DNA of 64,000 bases, from the NCBI RefSeq assembly GCF_006345805.1, contig NW_021834475.1:1-64000 (forward strand). The letters are read 5' to 3'. The notes below the pieces were generated by a model. That model was not told the DNA's origin. It did no database searches and saw only the letters and a program-made list of their open reading frames with translations. The position numbers were made by a program, and so were the translations under genes. The stretch comes from Octopus sinensis (lineage: Eukaryota). Positions 1 through 30,164 of this stretch are shown one piece after another. Each line of letters begins with the position of its first letter. Within the stretch, counting starts at the first letter, position 1.

Positions 1-363
1 TCTCCTTGATAACAATACTAATAAACCACATCTACAAATGGCTATGTATACATACATATCTACACATGTAAATATATGCGTATGTGTATACCATTTAGGA
101 TGCATATACAAACGCAGAACAGCTGACGTTTTGAATTTGGCCTCGGCGAAACTTCTGCTAAGAGATTTAGTGTGTTCAAAGCAAATGACAAAACGGAATT
201 ATGCAGAAATGACAAAAGGGAATTATAAGACACCGGTGTTTTGGACTGATTTAGCCTCCTCAGACATTATGAGTGAATTCAGAATCATTGCTCTAATATG
301 CAAATCAGCAAAGATAACATATGTATATATATACATATATATATATGCATATATATATATATG

Positions 364-396
<33 letters not shown>

Positions 397-461
397 TCGT
401 GTGTATGTGTATAATTATGCATATGTATATATGCATATACATATGTGTGCGTGTGTGTGTT

Positions 462-530
<69 letters not shown>

Positions 531-809
531 TTTGAATATCCTTCCTTTGCGGAGGGAACTGGTTTCTCAAAATGATACAAGGTCCCATATTTGGAATGTA
601 AATAAGAGAAACATATTCATATTTTAAATTTGAGAAGAAATTTTGAACTTTTTTACTGATCCACTTACAAATTTCTAAGCAGATTGGTAACATGCGGCTT
701 AGCTTCTCGGGTTCTTCAATGATTTCAAATACTAAATTCATCTGACAATTATTTTGTCAACCAGAGCTGTGGTAGAAGTCACCTTCACAATATGCTATTC
801 AGTGAGATT

Positions 810-1178
810 GAACATCGTCTTCCAGCGAGGTTCTTACGCTTTTGAAGCGCTCGTGCTACTTGGGACATTTCGTATGACCCATTGCTTCGCTCCCGTGAGC
901 TTTCCGAAGCATGCTCAGTCTTTCTATAGCAGAAGTCGCAAGTTTAAGGAAAAATTTCGCTTTGGTTGTTTGTTCCTGTCTTTGACAAAAACGCAGACTA
1001 CACCATACACGTGATCGCAAGTATAGAAGTTTCACAACTTGCGAACTAAACACAGCGATGTCACTCGGAACACTGCCTCATGAAGGCCACTGCTAGCTCT
1101 TACTGCACATGCAACCAAGTGCTGCCAGCTGCTGGTGTGCTACAGAAATAGTCGGGGGACTTTTTTGATTCCGCCCCG
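810..1178 (-). mobile_element. Mariner transposon 5' remnant (mirror 57,158-57,525 plus)
   Basis: TA + CGGGGCGGAATCAAAAAAGTCC terminus. Translation EQ...[42 protein letters not shown] matches the mariner N-terminal HTH. Confidence 0.75.
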
Positions 1179-1231
1179 TATTAATCACTTCTATTGAATA
1201 AATTAGTTTAATTAATGTCACCTCTTTACAG

Positions 1232-19941
<18,710 letters not shown>

Positions 19942-21141
19942 ATGGAAATATAAAAGCAAAAATCTGTAAATTGACAGAATAAAGAAACATTGATGAGAAT
20001 AATAACGACGATAATCCACCAAATATATAATCTACTTGGATTATAAGAATTAAAACATTAATGGTAGATGAAAACTTGCAAATTAACATTCCTCAAAACC
20101 GTCAGATCATGAAAGGACCAGTTGAAAGTAATGACAAAAATTATATAAAATAGTAGAAAGCAGCGGAAATTCTGTAGGTTTCTCTACTAAACATAGTTAC
20201 ATATAAACAATTTTCTCAATTCATACTGTTCCTTCCAAAAATATTTTCCGTTTTAGAAGAAGAAGCCCAGTAATTGAAAAGAGCCAATATATATTTTTTT
20301 CATTAATAACTGTTGCTTAAATTAAAATACACATCGGAACATAATTAATGAAAACAACTGATTCAGTTTTCCGGGGTTGAAGTTTCATTTGTTTGTACAT
20401 CGTTTCACTTCGCACCGTTTTTACGATTTCTTATTGCACTCGTAAGGAAAAGTATATTTTCTGGGCTAAGTATTTCATTTAAATAAAAGAATACTTCGTT
20501 TTTGGATTTGGTTTGCATTTAAATAAAATAATACTGAGATGCAGTACGGAGTTTTGTCAGTGGAGAGGTCGCGGATTTTAGCGACGAAAATATTTTGACA
20601 AATAAACTTAAATGTTGAAGTGAATCGAACGGCTTTTGTGCTTTCTTAAATGGCTTACAAACACCTTCCACGCTGCATTTGTTTTCGTTCAAGCACACGA
20701 TCTCAGATCATATCACTTGCTATGCAAGTACATTCTCCGTAAAAAACTGTTTATTTAATAAATGAGAAACATTATCGTCAGTAAAATGTTTCTCCTTCCA
20801 AATGAAGTTTCTGGCGCATGACACGGAAAGTAATGAACGAAAGTATACTTATATAAAAATAAAGATTTTATCAACAACGCAGTCATCACTATGATGGGAT
20901 AGATACATTAACATCAGAACAGAATATACATACATACATGAAAGAATGTGTATAACATTCAGGATATGTATATTTGTATAACCTATGATGGTTGGTGATT
21001 TTTTTCCTCTGTCTTCCTTCTCTGGATCTTTCCTTCTATGTTTCCGACGAAGAGCTCAGCTCGAAACGTTGAACCCTCCTTTTTCCTTCTTTCTTGAGCG
21101 TCCAGTAATACTATGTTTTTTTTGTGCTTTCTTGTTTGGAT

Positions 21142-21192
<51 letters not shown>

Positions 21193-21560
21193 TAATATGA
21201 TTTAATCCAAACAAGAAAGCACAAAAACACAACAACGCGAGGACGTGGAACAAATATAGTATTATTGGACGCTCAGGAAAGAAGGAAAGAAGGAGGGATT
21301 AACGTTTCGAGCGGAGCTCCTCGTCGGAAACATAGGAGATGGAAAGATCCAGAGGTGGGAATATATATATATATATATATATGTAAAAGTTCCAAAACAA
21401 GGAAATATGCTCCTCTTGTAGTGATGTGAAACATCAAATTTGCACTGGTTAACTGTACAATGCCCAATATATAATATTTAGCAGAGACATTTCTTCAATA
21501 TAAATCAATAAGTATTCACAATAGACAGCGATAAAAGGAAAAGGGTGGGTTCAAATTGGC

Positions 21561-21609
21561 ATATGTTAATTTATGAACATATACCAGTTTGATCTCTCCA
21601 ATTTGCTCT

Positions 21610-21650
<41 letters not shown>

Positions 21651-21697
21651 AGCAAATTGGAGAGATCAAACTGTTATATGTTCATAAATTAACATAT
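21561..21697. repeat. Local inverted repeat (53-bp arms) around a (TA)n tract
   Basis: atatgttaatttatgaac...gctcttata versus tataagagc...aattaacatat, one mismatch. Confidence 0.93.
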
Positions 21698-21784
21698 TAT
21701 ATATATATATATATTTTTTATTTATTATTATTATTTTTTTATTTTTTATTTATTTAATATATTTTAAATAAATAAAATAAAATA

Positions 21785-21819
<35 letters not shown>

Positions 21820-22026
21820 AAATTTTATAAGTTTAAATTATTTAAATAATATTTTAAATTTTAACTTTAGTTTAAAAATTTTAATTTGGAATTTTATATT
21901 TTATATTTTATATTTTTTAGATATTCTTTAAAAATTTATTTCTATGTATTGGCTTATGATTTTCACTGTTTGATTTGCCTAACAGAGGTTTTATATCTAA
22001 TTTAAAATAAATATATATATTATATA

Positions 22027-22062
<36 letters not shown>

Positions 22063-22065
22063 CAT

Positions 22066-22801
22066 TATATAAAAGGGCTTAGTAAAATAATTCTTTGGGC
22101 CGCATACTGACCTCATTAGAAATATTAGCTAAAAAAACTTTTTTAAAAACTATTTCTAATACTTAAAGAAAAACCTCTCTCTCTATAGTGTTTTGCTCAA
22201 TTCAACCCACGAAAGTATGGGGGTAGAGACATTAAAAATCAAATGCAAGGTTATTTGAGAACGTACGTTTCAAGATTAGTCAACTTGACACTTCTATCAT
22301 CAGCTCAGAACTCCCTGGTTTGGATTTGAAAACACTGAAAGTGGGAGCATACCCTTTCGGCTTCTTATCGCTTCTGAAGATCTGCTCGAAACTAACAGTG
22401 CCCGCAAACTCAAAAATGCAAGCGAAGAATTTCTGCTCTCCCCTTTCCACCAGCGTGGGTTAAAATCAGCAAACACTATGCTTTTTTCGGTAAAATCCGA
22501 GGCATTACATAGAGAGAGATGAATTATAATTTCAACAATTGAGGGTAAAATTAATTAATTAATCAATTTCACCAAGTATTCAGTATGCAAAGGGACCATT
22601 TAAGGCGAATTCAAATTATTACATATATATAAGGGCTTAGTAAAATAAATTTTGCCGCATACTGAACTCATTAGAAATAGCAGCTAAAAAAACTTTTTTA
22701 AAACTATTTCTAATACTTTCGCCTAAATGGTCCCTTTGCATACTGAATACTTGGTGAAATTGATTAATTAATTAATTTTACCCTCAATTGTTGAAATTAT
22801 A
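22066..22801. repeat. Composite direct and inverted repeat module
   Basis: A (about 22,072-22,165) recurs at about 22,631-22,717; B (about 22,524-22,608) recurs inverted at about 22,718-22,801. Confidence 0.88.
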
Positions 22802-22830
22802 TATATATACATATATATATATATAATATA

Positions 22831-23212
22831 GGCGCAGGAGTGTCTATGTGGTAAGTAGCTTGCTTACCAACCACATGGTTCTGGGTTCATTCCCACTGCG
22901 TGGCATCTTGGGCAAGTGTCTTCTACTATAGCCTCCTTGTGAGTGGATTTGGTAGACGGAAACTGAAAGAAGACCGTCGTAAATATGCATATATAAATAT
23001 ATATGTGTGTGTTTGTGAGTCTGTGTTTGTCCCACCAACATCGCTTGACAACCGATGCTGGTGTGTTTACGCACACGTATCTTAGCGGTTCGGCAAAAGA
23101 AACCAATACAAAAGTACTAGGCTTACAAAGAATAAGCCCCGGGGTCGACTTGCTCGACTAAAGGCGGTGCTCCAGCATAGCCGCAATCAAATGACTGAAA
23201 CAAGTAAAACAG
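22831..23212 (+). mobile_element. Family-A SINE (spacer)
   Basis: Head ggcgcaggag; small internal deletion. Confidence 0.82.
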
Positions 23213-23236
23213 TATATATATATATTTAACTATATG

Positions 23237-23275
<39 letters not shown>

Positions 23276-23406
23276 TTATGTATATATAATAATATATATA
23301 TATATCTATACATATATGTATATATAATATATATGTATATATAATAAATATATATATAATATATATTATATAATATATATATATATATTATATTTATAAT
23401 TTTGTA

Positions 23407-23447
<41 letters not shown>

Positions 23448-23483
23448 ATATATGTATATATATATAATATATGATATATATAA

Positions 23484-23531
<48 letters not shown>

Positions 23532-23832
23532 TATATAAAAACACCATAGGAACATCTGGAGTTGCGATGAAAAGGTATTGGGAAAATACACTGACGTTTA
23601 AATTGGGACTTCCATAAATATTAAATTCGTTACTATTTGTTAATTATAGATTTATTTACCAAATCAGCTTCTTTGATCTCTAATTGCTTTCTCAAATTCG
23701 TTGAGAAGAATTTTTTTCCAAAATCATACATTTCACATACGGAAAATCAAACTTAGTTCATCCTTTTTCAGTCAGCATTTATCTTAACACTAACAGCATG
23801 TATGTCGCTCTTATTCATGTTCATACTATGTA

Positions 23833-24325
23833 CAGTGATTCCTCGTTTATCGCGGTAGATTGGTTCCGAGACCGGCCGCGATAACTGAATTTTCGCGGAG
23901 TAGGGACACCATATTTACAGTATTTATTTAACGTGAATTTGGACCTTTAAAACCATCCCTATACTGTTAACAACCCACCCATTACAGTAGTCTGTTTATA
24001 ACAAGGACAACTGCTAAGCAATAACACTTTAGATTTTAAAAAAATAAAGATTGTTACTGTTACACAGGTCTGATTACAAAACAGAAAGCTGTGATTCGTC
24101 GTCTCTCCTTTGAACCAATCACAGCCCGTCTTAAGTTCAAATACCCCTGTATATACTTTTTTGCTATTTTACACTTATTTTGTTCCTAGACTAGGAAATA
24201 ATATTCAATATTAATATTTTGATGGATTTAATGAAAACTTTAAGGTGTTCATATATATATATTTTTTAAATCCGCGAAGTCGTGAATCCGCGATAGTTGA
24301 ACTGCGAAGTAGCGAGGGATCACTG
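23833..24325. mobile_element. Non-autonomous pogo/Tigger-like DNA transposon (MITE)
   Basis: TA|CAGTGATTCCTCG...CGAGGGATCACTG|TA: terminal inverted repeats with TA duplication. Confidence 0.8.
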
Positions 24326-24582
24326 TACATTTGTTAGTAAAGAACTGAATTTACTTTCGTGAAACGTACTAAAAGGAAAATTAAATTATTTTCATGGTGA
24401 ACTGCTACTGAAAGAATTGAACAATAGTTTGCTGTTAAGTTCACCCTCGATTTGCCTCAAATTATAAAAAGATGTTTTGTCACATATTCAGATTTTAGAG
24501 TATAAAAGTATATTATTCTATTTATGTTGATAATAAATCCTATATCACCCATCTCAAATCAGCTAGCACTTCTAAATTATTG

Positions 24583-24666
<84 letters not shown>

Positions 24667-24723
24667 CTACTACTAGTAGTAGTAAGAATAATAGTAATAG
24701 TAATAATAATAATAGCAATAATA

Positions 24724-25252
24724 AATGCCCTGATTCAATACCAGGCAGTGGCTCTCATGGCTTCTAATTTTAACTGATTGGAAGTGTTATCATGTACATT
24801 GTTTGGACTTGGTAATAAAGATAGGCTACAGCAAATATTCTGCTCAATACCACAGATTTGCTTGTCAGTTGTTTGACCTTAACCAGTTGACCATGTCCTT
24901 TAGTGGCTGACAATATGTGCATCTCTGATCACGAGCAAAAGTAGTGGGGAGCATCATAGCCATGTGTTGAGAGGGATTATTTGGGGTTTGAATAATTCAC
25001 CTCTGGAAACATAGGTGTTTCGTTCAACCTCCTTAAACAACCATTATTCAGGGACCTTTTGAGCGGGATGGGTTACTCGACCAGAAGAAAATTCTAACTG
25101 GGCCCCACCTGCAAGGTCATGCGCTGTTTATCTTGATATGAGATCACCATATCGCGCACATATGGTTGTGGACGAGTAGTCATGATGGGTTTACTGGGCT
25201 TCGTATATTTTATCCCTGTGTCAATTTGATGGCATGCACTGCTCTCTCACTC
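24724..25252 (+). mobile_element. (AAT)n-embedded element, spacer copy with an internal deletion
   Basis: Colinear with 47,408-47,963 but lacks the atgcatgtgcctcgtgtacccttatca segment. Confidence 0.8.
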
Positions 25253-25280
25253 AATAATAATAATAACAATAATAATAATA

Positions 25281-25338
<58 letters not shown>

Positions 25339-25339
<1 letters not shown>

Positions 25340-25695
25340 TCAATACCGGCAGATGACAACGTGTCTCTAAAAGAAATGGAGAAACTTTCAAAATACAAAG
25401 ACCTGGAAATAGAGATAACCAGAATGTGGAAACAGAAACAATTCCTATCATAGTAGGTGCATTAGGCATGATAAAAAAATATTCAGACAAATACATAACA
25501 AAAACACCAGGACTTACAAACACATATAACATACAGAAAATTGCACTACTAGGCACTGCACACATCCTACACAGAACACTTTCAATACAGTAACCATCAG
25601 AGCACCACAACAAATCACAACACATACCCAAGGCACACAGAGCTGCGCTCGGTAGTGAAGTGAAAGCACGCTATAAAAATAAAACTACTGAATAG
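25339..25695 (+). mobile_element. 3' end of an R4/Dong-like (restriction-like endonuclease) non-LTR retrotransposon
   Basis: PADDNVSLKEMEKLSKYKDLEIEITRMW/KTETIPIIVGALGMIKK...IQKIALLGTAHIL with one frameshift; sits between AAT runs. Confidence 0.75.
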
Positions 25696-25749
25696 TAATG
25701 ATGATAATAATAATAATAATAATAAGAAGAAGAAGAAGAAGAAGAAGAA

Positions 25750-25935
25750 GAAATCTCAGAAAATATAAAGACCTGCTCATTGAAATTCAGAAAATGTGCC
25801 ATCTCAAGGCGGTTACGATACCAGTGATCGTAGGAGCACTAGGAATGATCAAGAAGGGAACCGAAAATTATATGAGAATGATCCCTGGCTTACCATCCCT
25901 GCAAGAAGTGCAAAAGATTGCCTGTCTTAACTTGT
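25750..25935 (+). mobile_element. Second, divergent R4/Dong-like endonuclease fragment
   Basis: KYKDLLIEIQKMCHLKAVTIPVIVGALGMIKKG...VQKIA, directly after (AAG)n. Confidence 0.7.
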
Positions 25936-26145
25936 ACATCACACGTATTGAGAAGAGCATTGTCGATGTGAGAACTATTACTACCCAGTATTTTAATTTA
26001 ACTTTAAAAAAAATATAATGAACGAACGAGTGATTTTAGTTTAATGGACTATCAATGTATACTATGAATTTATTTGCCCTAGGAGTCGGGAAGACACTCG
26101 GCAAGAAATGGAAGCAAATTTGAAAGAAGAAGAAAAAAAGATAAC

Positions 26146-26209
<64 letters not shown>

Positions 26210-26229
26210 TAATGATAATAAATAGATAC

Positions 26230-26297
<68 letters not shown>

Positions 26298-26306
26298 TAG
26301 ATAGAC

Positions 26307-26371
<65 letters not shown>

Positions 26372-26415
26372 CATACATACATAGATAGATAGGTTGGTAG
26401 ACAGATAGGTAGATA

Positions 26416-28632
26416 AGTTTCTTTACTGGCCACACAGGGCTGCACACAGATGGGACAAGTTACAAGGTAGAGCTTTTCTTTTGGGGGATGAAAAAAAACA
26501 ACAAAAACAAAAGAATAAAAAAGGGATCGTAAAAAGGAAAAAAGAACAAAAAAAAGGAAAAGAAAAAAAGAAAAAAGTGTAAAAGAACAAAGGAAAAGAA
26601 AAATGAAAAAAGAAGAAAAAAGAGGAGAAAAAGGGGAAGAGGAAAGGAAAATGATCAATAGGGATCGTGTATCACAGTGTCATGATGTATGGTGTAAAGG
26701 GGAAAGCAAGTAAGGTTTATCCGTGGGAAGAAAAGCCTACGAAAAAGACCACGGTAACCTTGGTCAATATTGTTATATGTTACCACATTTGTTTGCAAGT
26801 GGGTAACCCTCTGTTTTCAATTTCTGGGTTCATAGGATTATGCTCAAGGTGGCTTCGTCATTCATACGTGCCATCCTTGCTACATTCACCAATCTTTTTT
26901 TTTTAAACGTTCGCTAGACAAAACTTGCCTCTCTACTCTCACTTTCCTTTTCAAGTGATACTTGAAGAAGTTGATGAGAGGTTGACCAGAGAGGAAAGTG
27001 TTTGTCTCCAATCCTTTCAGACGCGTCCACCAGATACATTCTTTCGCCATAGTCACAAGGATGATGAAAATAGCTCTTCCTTCCCGTTTGAAGGCAGGAG
27101 GCGTGACAATATTGACGATAGACTCGGCTGATAAACCGACACGTCCCACACGTGACAGCAGCCGTTCGACATAAGCCCACAGGTCGGAGATTGTTGGACA
27201 CTGCACGAGTGCGTGCAGAACGGTTTCGTCGCTCTGACCGCATTTCGGGCAGGTCGGCCCCGTGTTTCTCGAGCCGTGTCTGTAGAGCTTATCCCGAACG
27301 GGTAGCGCTTCTCGGTAGCACTGCCAGGCCAGGGGTGTCTGGAAATCGTCCCGAAAGGGCGGGTCAGGTATTCCTCGTCGACGTCCAGGTTCGCCCCGAC
27401 CTCGTCGTCGTACCTCCCCTCCACTAATCCCCTATAGAATGCCTTGGTTGTGATGGAGTCACTCAAGTTTGACCCAGGACGGCAGAGTTGCTTGAGAGCA
27501 ACGCGACACTCGCGGTGCCATTCGCCCTTCCTCTGCCTCTTTTTGATCCACGATTGCAGTTCGGTCATGGAGACGAGCTGCGGGAAAGCGTGCCTCACAA
27601 ACGGCGACCACACCTGTTAACCGTCGTCTACGAAAATCCTGAGAGGTCGCAGTCTCAGCGCGTGTCTGCGCATCATCAACCACGGCATGCCCGTCTCCTT
27701 TTAACGGGTGTTGACAGCAATGGATCGCATGACCATCGGGACGCATCCTTTCCACAAGAAGCGAAAGAGAATGCGTTCTAGTTTGGTGATGGTAGGGTCG
27801 AGACAAGGCACGACGGTCAGGCGGTAGTAGATGACGGACGCGATGTACGTGATCGCCACCTCCGCCCGACCATTTAGGGACAGTTTCCTCTCGGCCATTG
27901 CCGTGCGAGAGTGACCACCCTACTCGTTATCTCGTTCCAGTTCTTCTCCATTTGGAGGTCCGGACCGACGAACTAGACTCCGAGCAACTCGACCGGACCG
28001 TCGGTCAGCGGTCCCACAAACGGAAGCGCTGGTGGACGGCATGGGCTTGCTTCTCCAGGTGCCTAGTCGCAAGCAAGCCCACTGACTTTCCTGGTTGATT
28101 TTCGCTCCTGTCACCGCTTCGTAGTTTTTCGTGTCTCGCCGACCTGCTCGATGTGCTCGTGATAAACACTATGACGGTGACGTCGTCCGCGTATGCAGAC
28201 ACGCTCGTCCCGCATCCCAGTTCTCGCGGGATGCCCCTCAGAGTGTCCAGCTTCCGCAATAGTGGTTCGTGAGTCAATACGTATAGAAGCGACGAGAGGG
28301 GGCATCCCTGACAGACCGAACGTGCGATGTCGAAAGATCTCGATAGATGTCCATTTACGCAAATTACCGAACGGATGCCTCTGTACAAAGCGGCTGTCCA
28401 GCCGTGGAAGACGGGACCGAAGCCAGCCGCTCTGAGGACTGCCTCCAAGTATCGATGGTTTACCCTATCGAAAGCTTTCGATTGATCCAAATTGATCAAC
28501 GCCCCACCCATGCCAGGTTCGTTAACTACCCTGTCTATGATGTAGCGCATCAGGTGGAGGTTGTCATGGATGGTTCGGCCCGGCACGGCGCAAGTTTGCG
28601 CCTTGTCGACCAGTTTCTCGATGACAAGCGCC
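26416..28632 (-). mobile_element. 5'-truncated Tx1/L1-clade LINE inserted in (GATA)n, with 17-bp TSD
   Basis: RT motifs LDQSKAFDRV, QGCPLS, YADD; downstream LSLNGRA..I...YY..LF.FLW; frameshifted. agacagataggtagata is duplicated at 26399-26415 and 28633-28649. Confidence 0.9.
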
Positions 28633-28694
28633 AGACAGATAGGTAGATAGACAGATAGGTAGGTAGGTTGATAGATAGATAGATAGATAGATAT

Positions 28695-28772
<78 letters not shown>

Positions 28773-29030
28773 TTTACATTTTCCCCACCGACATGATTTT
28801 GCCTTGAACTACTCTCAAATTTCATTGTGTTGCCGATGTTAGACGAAGGTTTAAGAGATTTCTTGTAAAGATTCCTGTACAAGGTCATAAAATATATATG
28901 TCAGGAAGAAAACATATCTAGACTCAGTCAATAGAATTTCCCACCAATTCTTTTGATTTCAGAATAGCATTGTTTATTCAACTTTATGACTTATTGTAGA
29001 GAAATACGTTTTGTTAATATATACGGTATA

Positions 29031-29335
29031 GGTGCAGGAGTGGCTGTGTGGTACGTAGCTAGCTTACCAACCACATGGTTGCGGGTTCAGTCCCACTGCA
29101 TGGCACCTTGGGCAAGTGTCTTCTACTATAGCCTCGGGCCGACCAAAGCTTTGTGAGTGGATTTGGTAGACGGAAACTGAAAGAAGCCTGTCGTATATAT
29201 ATATATATATATTACAAATATATATATATATATATAAATATATTATATATGTGGGGGGGGTTGTGTGTGCGTGTATGTATGTGGGTGTATATGTTTGTGT
29301 TTGGTGTTTGCCCCCCAACATCGCTTGACAGCCGA
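29031..29335 (+). mobile_element. Family-A SINE, 3' truncated (spacer)
   Basis: Head and body match the other copies. Confidence 0.82.
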
Positions 29336-29656
29336 TATAAATATATCTATATATATATATATATATATATATCTATATATATATAATATATACACATATA
29401 TATAATATATATTTAGCGTAATTATTTATGTAAAAATATTTGCTAATCGTATACATATAATGTATAGGTGACTTAATATAGAATGATTGTCGTCATTTCT
29501 TTCCCTTTTGACTGCGTTGTTTGCCTTTTAAGTGCTGTGGTTTTACTGGGATCTCCCTTTTAAGTAGAAAGAATAGCCATAACTCTTTGACTGCTATTTC
29601 TAAATTCGGTGTGTGGTGAGGCAAATCGTTGCTAAACCCTAATTACTTAGTAATAG

Positions 29657-29712
<56 letters not shown>

Positions 29713-30164
29713 ATATATATATATTGTATATATTATATATGTGGTGTGTATACATATTATTATTAAAATTGATAATGTGCAGGAATATTTATGTCAACTC
29801 AACTTTACCAAGGTAATCCAAATTTAGTGCAGTGACGTCATTAACTTTCGTAGATGAAAATACTCACTTTCTACTTTACATTTTGTTTCTTTTATAGATT
29901 TCAAATTTTCCAAAAATACGGAATTAGTATTGTATCTTTCTACATTTTATTTCCAAAAACTAGTCATTCAATGATGTTGCCTTTGGTTGAATGAATGTTT
30001 TAAGTCAAATTTCCTTTGGCGTTTCATTTTATCATCGTTTTTTAAATGGCTAAAATTTTTTCAAGCGTGAAGTTAGAATTTCACCAATTTGGATTACCTT
30101 GATAATGTATTGAAATAAATTTTCCTACTTATTATTATTAAATTTATATTATAACGCGTGCGTA

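Noticed and set aside
540-760. Extra aGPCR exon between the window start and 1232
   Set aside because: Stops occur in all frames and the phase-0 chain is complete without it.
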